Assembly (NCBI GenBank): GCA_964016885.1 | Contig: OZ024740.1 | Location: 398,102,001 to 398,166,000 of the forward strand | Origin: Eledone cirrhosa | Lineage: Eukaryota | Length of the DNA: 64,000 nt | Direction: 5' to 3' | Shown here: positions 14,338 through 27,298 of the stretch, one piece after another | How positions within the stretch are numbered: the stretch's first letter is position 1 | How the letters are laid out: every line of letters starts with the position of its first letter | Translations under genes and position numbers: made by a program | The notes under the pieces: generated by a model | What the model was told of the DNA's origin: nothing | What the model saw: the letters and a program-made list of their open reading frames with translations, nothing else | The model's database searches: none

Positions 14338-14842
14338 GTAGGTAAATTTGAAGAGGAGAGGGGTGCCCTACCAGGGTTCTCTCGAAGCGTCGGGTCGTTC
14401 AGGACTGGTGGGGTACCTGAGCGAACCCTAGGTGGTCATCCCCCCTATTGGGGAATGTTTTCTTGTTGTAATTTTCTTGTTACTTTATTGTTACTTTGTT
14501 ATTGTTACTTTGTTTATTCATATTGTTTACTCGATTTTTCTGTAAAACCCCTCTGTCCCAGTCTTTTGTATTGTCCCCTATATGTCGGCCCTTGTGGCCA
14601 ATAAATGAAATCATTATTATTATTATTATTGGCGACCTACGTAGTAAATCGTATCATCGTGAGCTCCGCAAAGGTTTGTTATTTCCGTTTGTTAAAAATT
14701 GCCATTTATGGAAAATTTTATTGTTAACTGTTTATAAGCGCACATACATTGTTTTCCGAAAAGGACACCCAAAAAGATTGGGGCCTTGTGCCCAAAATTT
14801 AAACATTTATAATTATCAAAAAAATTTCTTTGAAAGAAAAAC

Positions 14843-16806
14843 ATGGAAGTCTCACAGCCACATGAAGCTGACAGCCTTCCTCATAAACTAACACCTCACA
14901 CCGACACCACCATTGTAAATATTACTACGTTTGCCAACACTAAACATTTAATCCGTAGCAATATTTTAAATTTGTCTCAGGCAGACATTCATTTCTCGCC
15001 ATTACAAATGACTGCAGGTGTTAAAGCCGCCACCTCCACCACCACCGCGACAACCACCACCCCCACCACCACCGCGACAACAGAAACAAAAGAAGAAAAA
15101 AATAAATTAACTCGTGATGTCGAAATGAATTCAAGCAAAATAGACTCTTCCCCACCGAACACCACTGACGTCACCACCACCACAACTGAAACTAAAATTG
15201 ATAATAACAAAAATAACGATAACAACAACAGCAACAAAGACATTAAAAAAACCACCCTGAGTTTTGCCAGAGTAGCAAAACAGTGCGAAGCATTTCAGGT
15301 AACTCAGGAGGAATTAGAAAATGCCAAAAAAATGGTAAAGAAAGATGGGTACAGGGTCACCCCCCCCCCCCCACACACACACACCTAATAAAATGGAGCA
15401 TCGGCGCCTATGCACCGTGTCGTATCGAACAATTAATGTAAAATCGCGCTGAGTGGAACGGGCATCCGAGTCAAAAATCCAAAAAGCTTTGGGACATGTG
15501 TGGGCAAGAAAAACCCACATCAGACGTGGGCAGAAGTATGGAACCGTGGACGTGTTCTTTGAAACACCAGAGGAGGCTAGAGAACACTCCATGGCCCCAT
15601 GAAGAAGTGACGACTTCACACTCGTCCCAAGCTATTGTGGCCAGAGACTCGTAAAGTGACCCACGTTCCACCGGCCATCGAAATTCCCTGGCTAATAGCG
15701 GCCGTCCTCGCCGGCATCGAAGCCAACACAAAGATAATAGCAATAGCAAAAGAAAAGCAGGGGAACTGGTCCGGATCTGGGATGGAGCTCCTGATTCAAG
15801 CGGACCAAAAAAGCATTGAGGAGATCCCAGAGGTAATAGACCTCACTGACGGCAGCCACCTCACCGTAATTGTCGAGGGCAGAAGGCCTAGGTGTGTCGT
15901 TTGTGGTGAAGGAACCCACCTAAGGGCTTTCTGCCCTCAGGCTAAAAGGTTGAGGCCACCTCTCCTACCCACCGCAGTGACTCAACCATCAACACCACCA
16001 GTAGCAGAGATGGCAGCAACAACTGTAGCAGCAACAACAGAAGCAACTATCACAGCAACAACCCCAGCAACAGTAGCAAAACCAACACCACCACCACCCA
16101 ACGCTTCAGAACTAGCACCAACGCCTACACCATCCACCACGCCACAACCAAAACTAACGCATGTGGAGGATTTTCCACTCCCCGGCCTATCACAACTGGA
16201 GACAGATTGTGACGACGAGGAGTGGGAAACGGTATCCGGAAAAAAAAAAGAAACCAAAAAAGAAAAAATTCTCTTCCTCCTCCCTCCAAAAATAAAATAC
16301 AGAGGGAAACAAATAAATTAACAAACAAAAAAGTTAGGACAGATATGCCACCATCCACACCAGCATCACCAACCCCATCACCCCAAACACTAACACCATC
16401 ACCATCATTAACCCCAACACCACCATCACCAACACCACAAAGGTCACCAAAATGCGAAACAGAAACAAGCCCACAACAAACGCAAACAAAACAAAACAAC
16501 CAAAACGATACACACTACACAGCAATAAATTTGAACAACAACCAATTATTACACTACATCCAACACAACATCAGCATCACAGAAAAAGACTACACAACAA
16601 CCCAAAAATTCACACAACCTCCACACATACAAATCACTCGCATCACACAGAAAACGTACATGACACTAAAACAAAAATTCCCCAAAGACATCGGAGACTT
16701 CCGACAAGCACTCTCCAGGAGGATTTATAAGGACATCCTTCCTGAGGAGGCCACAAGCAGTGAAAAGGATGGAAAAACCGTTCTTCCTCTACGAGAAGTA
16801 AGGTAA
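14843..16806 (+). pseudogene. Tx1-B ORF1, frameshifted
   Basis: ORFs 14843-15388, 15635-16321 and 16222-16806. CVVCGEGTHLRAFCP (CCHC). Homologous to ORF1 of A. Confidence 0.8.
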
Positions 16807-16840
16807 GTGGTCTTTCCCATCTTTTCCACTCCATTTCAAC

Positions 16841-19800
16841 ATGACCTCACTAAGAATAGGCAGCATAAATGCACGTGGCCTGGGGTCATCTTGGAAGGAG
16901 GGTCACCTTCTCAATGACCTCAGGTCACTAAACATAGATGTAGTGGCCATCAGGGAGACCAGAATCTCCGAAGCACGGGCCTTCGCACCGATCTTCGGCG
17001 GCTACGATGTGTACGCATCTCCCAGCCGTCCGGGATCAGGGGTGGAGTTGCTGTGCTTTTTCGGAGAGGTTTGGATCTTGCCATACGGGCCATCTTCCTG
17101 GACCCAGAAGGTAAGTTGGTGGTGCTGGACGTGACCAGCGGAGACGGGCAAGCTTTCAGGTTAGTGGCTGTCTATGCCCCGACAGGAGCAGGGCGGCCTG
17201 ATTTCTTCCGGCGTTTGGAGACCTTTCTTGGAACGTCCCGCTCTTTAGTGTTAGTGGGCGACTGGAACGGGATCTTAGATTCACGCTGGGACTGTGTGGG
17301 ATTAGCGGATAGTGGTGGAGGGTGCAAGAGCCTCACCAACCTGCTCAGGCGTTTTGAACTGTCTGACAGGTACCGATTGGATTTCCCGAATGTGCCAATG
17401 TGGACTTGGACAAATCGCATAGGGTCATCCAGATCATATCTAGATAGAGTATTTTGTAGGGAAATAGATAGGTCTAGCATAGGCTGTCCACAATTCAAGA
17501 TAGTCAGCTACACGGACCACAAATTCGTGATCTGTGTGCTTGACTTAGATAGGCTTCATAGACGAGGACCCGGCTACTGGAAGCTAAACGCGTCCTTACC
17601 AGCGCGCAAGGCCTACAGAGACCGGATTAGCGAACTAGTTAAGCGGGCGTTGACGGGGGCCATCGTCAACAACAAGTGGTGGTTTGCTCTGAAAAGAGCA
17701 ATTAGAATAGAGTCCATTAGGTTTAGTAAGGCTTTAGCAATAGAGAAAAATAGAGCATAGGGAGAATTAGTCAGAAAATTAGACGAGGCGCTTTGCAAAG
17801 GCCTCGCGACCGACGTACTTGCGGCGAAATTGGCCCTTGACCAATTCTTCAATGCAAAGCACGAAGGCTGCGTTGTCAGAGCTAGGGTGCGTGTTCTCAG
17901 ACACGAGGGGACGAAAGCCGTTCAATGGGCCCGAGTGGCGGAGGCGCGTCGTGGCAACAAAGCCACGATCCGGTCTTTGGTGGACCACGACGGGCGCATG
18001 CTACTCGATCCCGGGCAAATGTGTGAAGCTTTTCAGTGACACTTCGCTCAACTGTTCGGGGGCAGTGGCGGGCCGGATTGAGGGATGGACTTTAGTGTCT
18101 ACCTCGACGGACTGCCGCGGCTCTCGGCCACTGGGGCGGAGTGTTGCGAAAAGCCGATAACAGCCGCTGAAGTACGGGAGGCAATGACTGGCTGCACAAG
18201 GGGTAAATCGCCTGGTTTGGATGGTCTGCCCTATGAACTTTACGTACAAATGCCAGACTTGTTCGGAGGCCTCTTGGCGGACGTCTACTGCAACTGGCAA
18301 CAGAACGGGAGAATTCCCAGCTCTGTGAGCCGCGGAGCGGTAGCGCTGCTGAGAAAGGATCCGAACAAGGGGGATAACATAGATAATTTTAGGCCCATAA
18401 CTCTGCTAAACACAGAGTTCAAGATTTTGGCCAAGGTGCTAGCAAAGAGGTTGGCGCTTGTCGTTGGTGGTCTGGTGGGAGAGGCGCAGACATGCGCCAT
18501 TCCCGACAGATCCATCCACGACAACCTCCATCTCATGTGATACATCGTAGAGAGGGTAGCTAGGGAACCTGGCACGGGTGGGTCTTTGATAAATTTAGAT
18601 CAGTCGAAAGCCTTCGATAGGGTCGACCATCGTTACCTAGCGGCAGTCCTGAGGGCGGCTGGCTTTGGGCCCGTCTTCAGAGGCTGGATCGCTGCCATGC
18701 ACAGCGACATCATTTCTGTGGTGAGAGTGAACGGTCACCTTTCGGAACCGTTCAACATCATGTGCTCGGTCCGCCAAGGATGTCCCCTCTCGTCCCTCTT
18801 GTACGTATTGACTCTCGAGCCATTACTGCACAAACTGGAGACGTTGAGGGGGGTCCCGCGCGAACTAGGATGCGGAAGATCCGTGTCAGCATATGCGGGT
18901 CGATGTCACCGTAGTGGTGTCGAACGCCAAACACATCGAGGCGATCGGCAATACACTAAGAGAATACGAAGCGGTGACAGGAGCAATGATCAACCAGGAA
19001 AAGTCAGTGGGCCTGCAGCTCAGCACCTGGAGAGGCAGTTCCATGCCGTCCAACAGCGTCGTCGGGCGCTGGACGGACGGAACGGTTAAATTGCTAGGGG
19101 TCTGGTTCGGTCCGGACCTCCAGACGGACAAAAACTGGGACGAGGTGACGAGCAGGGTGGCTTCTCTCACCCAGAAATGGGCGGAGAGGAAGCTATCCCT
19201 GAAAGGTCGAGCGGAGGTGGCTAACGCGTACATCGTGTCCGTCATCTACTACCGCCTGACCGTCGTACCTTGTCCTAAGCCCCGCCTGACTGCGCTGGAG
19301 CGTTTGCTCTTTCGCTTTTTGTGGAAGGGACGCGCCCCGATGGTCAGGCGGTCCATCTGCTGTCAACACCCGCTACGTGGAGGGCTGGGCATGCCGTGGC
19401 TGATGATGCGCAGACACGCGCTCAGGCTACGACATCTCCACCTCTTCCTCGACGGTGATCAGGTGTGGTCGCCGTTTGCTAGACACGTCTTTCCCCAGCT
19501 CGTCTCCTTGACGGAGCTGCAGTCCTGGGTCAAGCGAAGACCGAGAGGGAGCGCTTGGAGACTGGAATGTCTTCAGGCGCTCACAGCCCTCGACCAATCG
19601 GGCAATGTGATCGGTGGAAACTCCACCTTGGCGTTCTATGGAGGATTAGTGGAGGAGAAGAGCGACGACGTACTTGGAGAAACTCTAGGCGTCGACGAAA
19701 ATCAACTAGCCAATCTCTTCGGAAGGACTTTCGGGTCGGGGCCTATGGACAACTTCCAGAAATCCCTGGCCTGGCAGTGCTACCGGGGAGCTTTGTCAGT

Positions 19801-20260
19801 TCGGGATAAACTCTACAGGCATGGAGGTGCCGTCAGCCGGGCATGTCCGAGATGCGCGCAGGGCGACGAAACCGTCCTGCACGCACTCGTCCAGTGTCCG
19901 ATCATTGCTGACTTGTGGGTTTATGTCGAACACCTACTGTCACGTGTAGGACGGATCCAGCTATCAGCTGAGTCCATCGTGAGGATTGCCCCGCCCTCTT
20001 CCTTTAGCCGGGAAGGGCAGGCAGTTTTTATCTGTCTGGTGGCCATGGCGAAAGAGATAGTATGGTGGACACGTTTGAAAGGGCTGAAGACGAGCACTTA
20101 CCTCTTCGGTGATGCCCTGATTAACTTTTTCAAATTTCATTTGAAAAGGAAAATCAGGGTAGAGAGGGAAGTGCTCTCTTCCCAGCATTTTGTTGAAAGA
20201 TGGGTGAGAGAAGCAAGTATGGCCCGAGTGAATGGGCCTACTCTGAACATGTGTCTGTAA
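16841..20260 (+). pseudogene. Tx1-B ORF2: APE, RT and zinc finger, disrupted
   Basis: Same motifs as A. Stops at 17758, 18037 and 18538, and a frameshift at the YADD-equivalent motif near 18895. Confidence 0.92.
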
Positions 20261-20501
20261 ATTAAAGGTGGAAAACTGGGAGAGGGCACTTGCCCTGGTG
20301 GTCAGGGCCACTGTGGTCTTTTAATGGGCTTTCTCCACAAATGTCCCTTGGAAGTCTCCCCTCTATTGGGGAATTTTTCTTTGTTATTTTATTTCAACCT
20401 CTGTTTTTTACACGCAGAAATGCCCATTTGTACCGTCCTGTATTGTCCTGTACTGTCCTTAATGTCTACTTTATGTGAACCCTTGTGGTTAATAAAGAAA
20501 A

Positions 20502-20559
<58 letters not shown>

Positions 20560-21078
20560 GTTCTTTGAGTCTCAGTCATTGATGTTATTTAACTGAGTCT
20601 CAGTCATTGATGTTATTTAAAGTTTGTTGAAATGAATATCAAGCCGCTACCTGCAGCCTCAGATATTCAGGACGTATCGGAGGGTTCTTGCTGTTCCCAG
20701 CAAGCATGCCTTTTGAAGTGTTCCAAAAAGCGGGGCTGGACTAATCTTCTTTAACCATCCTTGGAAACTCTTTGAGATAGTACCTAGTGCGTCTATGACA
20801 ATCGGGACGACCTTCATTTCATGGCAGTTCCAAATCCTTTTTAACTCCCACATTAAGTCCTGGTATCGGTTAATTTTCTCCCTCTCCTTTTCTTGCACTC
20901 TTGTGTCAACTGGGCAGGCTACATCTACAATCAGGCACGATCTTTTTTCCTTGTCCAAAACCACCAGGTCAGGTCTATTGTGTTCTAATTTCTGGTCCGT
21001 CTGTATCCTAAAATCCCATAGCACCTTCACCTGATCGTTTTCTATCACCGACTCTGGCTTATGCTCATACCACTTCTC
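20560..21078 (-). mobile_element. 5'-truncated R4/Dong-like LINE (RLE domain) in (TAA)n
   Basis: LWDFRIQTD..HNRPDLVV..IVDVACP..EKINRY is a PD-(D/E)xK-type RLE. Flanked by (TTA)n on both sides. Confidence 0.85.
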
Positions 21079-21104
21079 ATTATTATTATATTATTATTAT
21101 TATT

Positions 21105-21917
21105 GAAAATCAACTAGCCAATCTCTTCGGAAGAACTTTCGGGCCGGGGCCTATGGGCAATTTCCAGAAATCCCTAGCCTGGCAGTGCTACCGAGGAGCT
21201 TTGCCAGTTCGGGATAAACTCTACAGGAACGAAAGTGCCGTCAGCCGGGCATGTCCGACATGCGCACGGGGCGACGAAACCGTCCTGCATGCACTCGTCC
21301 AGTGTCCGAGCATTGCTTACTTGTGGGTTTATGTCGAACACCTGCTGTCGCGTGTAGAACGGATCCGGCTATCAGCTGAGTCCATCGTGAGGATTTCCCC
21401 GCCCTCTTCCTTTAGCCGGGAAGGGCAGGCAGTTTTTATCTGTCTGATGGCCATGGAAAAAGAGATAGTATGGTGGACGCGCCTGAAAGGGCTGAAGACA
21501 AGCACTTACTTCTTCGGTGATGCCCTGATTAACTTTTTCAAATTTCATTTGAAAAGGAAAATCAGGGTAGAGAGGGAAGTGCTCTCTTCCCAGCATTTTG
21601 TTGAAAGATGGGTGAGAGAAGCAAGTATGGCCCGAGTGAATGGGCCTACTCTGAGTATGTGTCTGTAAATTAAAGGTGGAAAACTGGGAGAGGGCACTTG
21701 CCCTGGTGGTCAGGGTCACTGTGGTCTTTTAATGGGCTTTCTCCATAAATGTCCCTTGGAAGTCTCCCCCCTATTGGGGAATTTTTCATTGTTATTTTTT
21801 TGTTACATCCTCTGTTTTTGTTCTTTACACGCAGAAATGCCCATTTGTACCGTCCTGTATTGTCCTGCACTGTCCTTAATGTCTACTTTATGTAAACCCT
21901 TGTGGTTAATAAAGAAA

Positions 21918-21919
<2 letters not shown>
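21105..21919 (+). mobile_element. 5'-truncated Tx1-B-family copy
   Basis: Highly similar to 19697-20502. Flanked by (TTA)n. Confidence 0.9.
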
Positions 21920-21961
<42 letters not shown>

Positions 21962-21970
21962 GTTGTTATT

Positions 21971-22970
21971 CCTTGAATCTCAGTCATTGATGTTGGTTAA
22001 CTGGAAAGTCCGTTGGATTGAATATCAAGCCACTACCTGCAGCCTCAGATATTCAGGACGTATCGGAGGGTTCTTGCTGTTCCAAGCAAGCATGCCTTTT
22101 GAAGCGTTCCAAAAAGCGTGAAGGGGCCGATTTTCTTTAACCATCCCTGGAAACTTTTGGAGATAGTCCCCAGTGCGCCTATGACAATCGGGATCACTTT
22201 GACTTCATGGCAGTTCCAGATCCTTTTCACCTCCCACTTTAGGTCCTGGTATCGGTTAATTTTCTCCCTCTCCTTCTCTTGCACTCTCGTGTCGAACGGG
22301 CAGGCCACATCCACAATCAGACACGATCTTTTTTCTTTGTCCACAACCACCAGGTCAGGTCTATTGTGTTCCAGTTTTTTGTCCGTCTGTATCCTAAAAT
22401 CCCACAGCACCTTCACCTGATTGTTCTCCATCACCTCCTCTGGCCTATGCTCATACCATTTCTCAGAATGTGGTAAATTGTTTACTTTGCACAGGTGCCA
22501 GTGGCTCACCCTGCCCATCACATCGTGTCTCCAGCCCTTATAGTGGGTCTGGGCTAGGTGTTTACACTCGGACACAATGTGAGCCACAGTCTCCTCTCTC
22601 TCTCCACAGATCCTGCACAGTGGGCTAGCCTCCTCCTTGTAGATATGGTGCTTCAACCACTTCGTTTTGAGGGCCTGTTCCTGCGCAGCCATTAGCATTC
22701 CTTCTGTAGCCCCTTTGAGGTCTCCTCTTCTCAACCAGTTCCATGTCTGTGGATCTCTAAATTCAGTTTTCTCAAAGAAGGTACTATGAAGGGATTTTCC
22801 CTTAAGGCTGCTCTTCCTCCTTGATGTTATTTCCTCCTTGGACATCCCCTGGCCTACTGTCCCCTCCTTCAGTACAGTTCTGAGCATTGGCTCCTTACTA
22901 TAGGTCACGTATTTGTATAGGTTGTTTTTCTCCATCTGAACACAGTCCTCTATGCTGATAAGACCTCTTC
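21971..22970 (-). mobile_element. 5'-truncated R4/Dong-like LINE (CCHC finger and RLE)
   Basis: ORF 22045-22935: AAQEQAL, CRICGEREETVAHIVSEC, RHD, RPDLV..DVACP..EK..Y. (TTA)n flanks. Confidence 0.88.
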
Positions 22971-23001
<31 letters not shown>

Positions 23002-23171
23002 TTAGGTATCACCTCTTAAATTTTTTGGTGCCATACATTCTTCATTTTCCTCTGTCTACACTCTTCTAACAGTTTTTCTTTACAATTCCTTCTCGACCAT
23101 GCAACATTATTTTCCTCGCTCTGTATAATTCTTTAAAGCTATTTAATTCTCCACCTCTTTATATATGAGGT

Positions 23172-23309
<138 letters not shown>

Positions 23310-23456
23310 GCACACCACCACCACAACCACCTCCACTTTCTCTTACGTGTGTTCTTAATAAGACGTTGTTTTTTATCCCTGTGTTTGTATTGTTTGTTCA
23401 ACTATATACATACATACATACATCTCTCTCTCTCTCTCTCTCTCTCTCTTATATAT

Positions 23457-23496
<40 letters not shown>

Positions 23497-23499
<3 letters not shown>

Positions 23500-24577
23500 A
23501 TAATAATAAATTTGAAGACTAAAATCCAAAGAGGGCTCGATAAGGATAAATATATATCAAATATATAAGAACCGTAGAGCAAATATATTACCCGTATGTT
23601 TTGTGAAGGTACGTATACCTTCTCGTACGTATATTTGATTGTTATGGCGTATAATTTTTATATATTCTGGTACATATGGTTTGGCTATGTGTATACGGGA
23701 GTTTTGTGTCTGTGTGAGTATGCAGGTTCGTACGTATGTAGTTTGTGTGTATATGTATACTTCATGTTTTGGTTGACTTACGTCTCCGAACATTCGTGTA
23801 TTTACATGTAGGTATGTGTGTGCGCTCGTTATATACGTATTTATTTATTTATATACGTTTATATAATTATTTATTTATTTGTACACAAGCATACACACAC
23901 ACACATATTTATATGTGCGTGGTTTTGTATACCTATGGTAAGTTTTTGCGTATGCTTGTGTAAGTACGTATTTGTTTGCGTGTATGTATTTATTTATTTC
24001 TATTACTTCTGTATTGTATTTATTTACTTTGTTCTTAACTCTGGTGCGGAGATTCATTCGGTCTCCTAGTTAGAATTTTAGTCTACGACTTCTACTATAC
24101 CATTTACGTGGTTTTGTCTTTGCGTGCTATTGTTCTCCACGCTCCACATATGACTTATTATCTTCGTTTTTTTCGTTCATTGCCAGAGAACGTCTCTATG
24201 CACCACCTAAGAGAACATTAGTCTACGACCTCTTTTATACCATAAACGTGGTTCTGTCTTAGCGCGTAATTGTTTTTCACCGCTCCTATTAATGACGTAT
24301 TATTCGTTTTTTCCCGTTCTTTGCCAGCGAACGTTTCCACGAACCAAAGTATCGTCTTCCTGTCTTCCTCCGATTGCAACGTTTTTTGAAATATCCAGTT
24401 CTGCGTTTACAGATTGACTTTGTTAGTTTCAGAAGATCCCGTTAAGGGCGAAAGCAGCGATTCTTTGCTTAAACTTTAATCTGTTATTTTAATAAATATT
24501 TGCTATACGGTTCTTATATATTTGATATATATTTATCCTATCCCTCTTTGGATTTTAGTCTTCAATTTTATTATTAT

Positions 24578-24580
<3 letters not shown>
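23497..24580 (+). mobile_element. PLE-type 3' remnant with an inverted 5' arm; family also at 3784-3840, 34104-34257, 39558-39602 and 45007-45280
   Basis: 23497-23585 is the reverse complement of about 24497-24582. (TA)n flanks. Multiple copies in the window. Confidence 0.65.
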
Positions 24581-24638
<58 letters not shown>

Positions 24639-25001
24639 TGTATGTATGTATGTATGTATGTATGTATGTATGTATGTATGTATGTATGTATGTATGTATG
24701 TATGTATGTATGTATGTGTGTGTGTGTGTATATATATATATAAGGACGATGTTAAGCCTTCATTACGTTTATTGATTGATTGATTGGTGATGGGCGTTTT
24801 GCTATTGATCAGCTCAAGTTTCGAATTGTATCGATCTGGCCCGACTCTGGAATCAAAATATCATCGGACCTCTGCTACTGACGTGAAGCTAAACATCGAG
24901 TGTTCATCTGGGTGAACCTACCTGGGTGAACCTACAGTAACTTCACGTTACACTCCCTTGATATATAAATATATACATATATATATATATAAATTATCTA
25001 C

Positions 25002-25085
<84 letters not shown>

Positions 25086-25125
25086 GATATTAACAAATGG
25101 AAACTATATTTATAAAACCATATTT

Positions 25126-25188
25126 ATTTCATTATACATATTTCAAGGACACCAAGTTAAATTATGGTGTGCTTTCATCAGATAAAAT
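25126..25188 (-). ncRNA. Minimal type I hammerhead ribozyme (inverted arm)
   Basis: Exact reverse complement of the 25257-25319 motif. Confidence 0.75.
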
Positions 25189-25256
25189 ATAATATAGTAA
25201 TGGTTGCATTCTTTAAGGGTATGTCAATATTTATTTATACAACTGCTCTATATTAT

Positions 25257-25319
25257 ATTTTATCTGATGAAAGCACACCATAATTTAACTTGGTGTCCTT
25301 GAAATATGTATAATGAAAT
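25257..25319 (+). ncRNA. Minimal type I hammerhead ribozyme
   Basis: Stem I ATTTTAT/ATGAAAT; CTGATGA at 25264; stem II AAG.ACACCA/TGGTGT.CTT; GAAA; self-complementary stem III ATATGTAT; AUA site. Confidence 0.78.
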
Positions 25320-25450
25320 AAATATGGTTTTATAAATATAGTTTCCATTTGTTAATATCGTATTTTTACTCCAATTATTTGTTGAGTGGTTTATATCAGT
25401 TATAAAAATATTTGCTTGTTGTATCCCAACAATTTAAATAGAACTTGTAC

Positions 25451-25521
<71 letters not shown>

Positions 25522-25588
25522 CAAGGTTTAGCAAATAAGAAAAAGTTTCAAAATAAATTTCAAAAAATTCACTGTACTTACTATAGTT

Positions 25589-25675
25589 ACCTTTACCGAA
25601 TCGGTTTCGAGTCTCAAAAATAAATGGACAGTCCTTGCAGGCTTCCATTGAAAAGATAAACTCTCGTCAGAAGGT
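25589..25675 (-). ncRNA. Type I hammerhead ribozyme
   Basis: Minus strand: ACCTT-CTGACGA-GAGTTT...AGACTC-GAA-ACCGATTCGGT-A-AAGGT; GUA site. Lies in a PLE-like unit whose end is duplicated at 26003-26085. Confidence 0.82.
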
Positions 25676-26268
25676 TCTTTTCACTCGGAGAATACAAAAT
25701 TTCCGAGTTCAAATTACGATCTGGCGCTATTCAAAATTGTTCCCGGGATGAGAATGAATGATGTGGAAGCAATTCTGTCCAGTGCCGTGTGCAAAGATAG
25801 AAGGCAGAGGCAGGGAGGTCAATCTACTACCACTATAAATAGCAGCAGTCAAAACGACCAAATTTCATCTCGACCAAGAGGAGATTAATAATAATAAAGT
25901 ATATATCCCTACATGCAAAAAGCGTATAGGGACACATGTATTGTCCAACCATATGCCAATGTGGTTCAATGGTAGGTTAATAAATTAACGAGCCAGAACA
26001 TATATAATCAAGGTTTAGCAAATAAGAAAAAGTTTCAAAATAAATTTCAAAAAATTCACTGTACTTACTATGGTTACCTTTACCGATATATATATATATA
26101 TATATGGGATAACAAATTATCGTTATATGTAATCCAGTTAGAGGTTGTCCAGTTATAGGTAATCCAGTTAGAGGTTTAACGTACGGCGTTGTTTGACTCA
26201 ACAAGAGGTTTCATTAGTTAGGTTGCGAGTTCTCGGGAATTCCTATGCAGGTTAATCTTGGAGTAATA

Positions 26269-27240
26269 ATAGTGAAGGAGTGAAGAATAACATGGTCAAC
26301 AGTACAAAAAGGGTTTACTTTACACTATTAACAATTGTTTCATTGATTATGCCTTTTCTGTAGGCATAAAGCAGCTACTAAATTCGCTAATTTCAAACCA
26401 ACATGATTCGATCCAACAATCCCATGATCCAAACTGGACCACTTAGAGTCTATTATAATAACCCATTATTATTTGGATTGGCAGTATCGGTAGAGGGTCG
26501 GACGCCATGCTTTCCAGCATAGTTACGTCCCTTTACGACCTGAGTTCAAATCCCGCCGAGGTTGACTTTGCCTTTCATCCTTACGGGGTCGATAAAATAA
26601 AGTACCAGTAATGGACTGGGTAATTTTCTGGCCTTGTGCCTAAAGTAGAAACAATTATTATTAACTGTCAATAGATCAACTAATCCCTGAATCAACATCA
26701 TAACCTCCTAACCTTTCTTTCTTTCACTCGCTTTCCCTAAAACTATTTCACCTCTTCCATTATATCCTATCATGTTCTCTTCACCACATAACTTCCAATA
26801 TATTAATTTATCCTTTATTTAGCACTGTACTGTTTCTTCATAATATAATTTAACCAATACATATATGTATATATTTAATATTTTCATATTTACTCCATCA
26901 CATCTTTATACTTTAACCACCACCACCACCACACAACTATTTTCAACAATCATATTATGTTCACTTTTTTTCATACATATATATTTTTTACTTATTTTTT
27001 ATCATCTTCATTCTAACTTATTTATTATTATTTATTTATTATTTTTTCCTAGTACATTATAAACGCCGTGTATAATTTTAATCAGTTATTCTGATGATTT
27101 GATTAGGCATACATTGCATTTAAAATTGAGTGACACAACTTCAAGTGATTAGTACTTTTTAGACACCCTAATCAATGAAACAATTGTTTACTGTAAATAA
27201 AACCCTTTTTGTACTGTTGACCATGTTATTCTTCACTCTT

Positions 27241-27247
<7 letters not shown>
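26269..27247 (+). mobile_element. PLE-type remnant with an inverted arm, a nested SINE (26475-26653) and a degenerate hammerhead (27083-27196)
   Basis: 26269-26349 is approximately the reverse complement of 27170-27247. CTGATGA-TTTGATTAGG...CCTAATCAAT-GAA-ACAATTGT-T; stem I is degenerate. Confidence 0.65.

Positions 27248-27298
<51 letters not shown>

Larger units (their letters stand above)
8692..14612 (+). mobile_element. Full-length Tx1-clade non-LTR retrotransposon A, inserted in (TTA)n
   Basis: Starts GG directly after (TTA)n 8666-8691. Contains ORF1 and ORF2, AATAAA near 14600, then (ATT)6. Confidence 0.92.
14631..20502 (+). mobile_element. Full-length Tx1-clade element B (distinct subfamily), head-to-tail with A in (TTA)n
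   Basis: Starts GG after (ATT)6. Contains ORF1 and ORF2, AATAAA at 20491, then (ATT)n 20503-20559. Confidence 0.92.
25085..25450 (+). mobile_element. PLE terminal fold-back with a hammerhead in each arm (family also at 52830-53118)
   Basis: Arms 25085-25197 and 25248-25360. (TA)n flanks. Confidence 0.8.

Noticed and set aside
14631-20502. Element B as a simple tandem duplication or misassembly of element A
   Set aside because: UTRs and ORF1 are strongly diverged and the disruptions differ, so these are independent insertions.
8695-22476. Antisense and alternate-frame ORFs over the LINEs
   Set aside because: They are shadows of ORF1/ORF2 and of low-complexity tracts, with no independent motifs.
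24430-24460. CAGAAGA-TCCC..GGG-CGAAA hammerhead-like motif
   Set aside because: The core is altered and no stem I/III partner was found; at most a relic.
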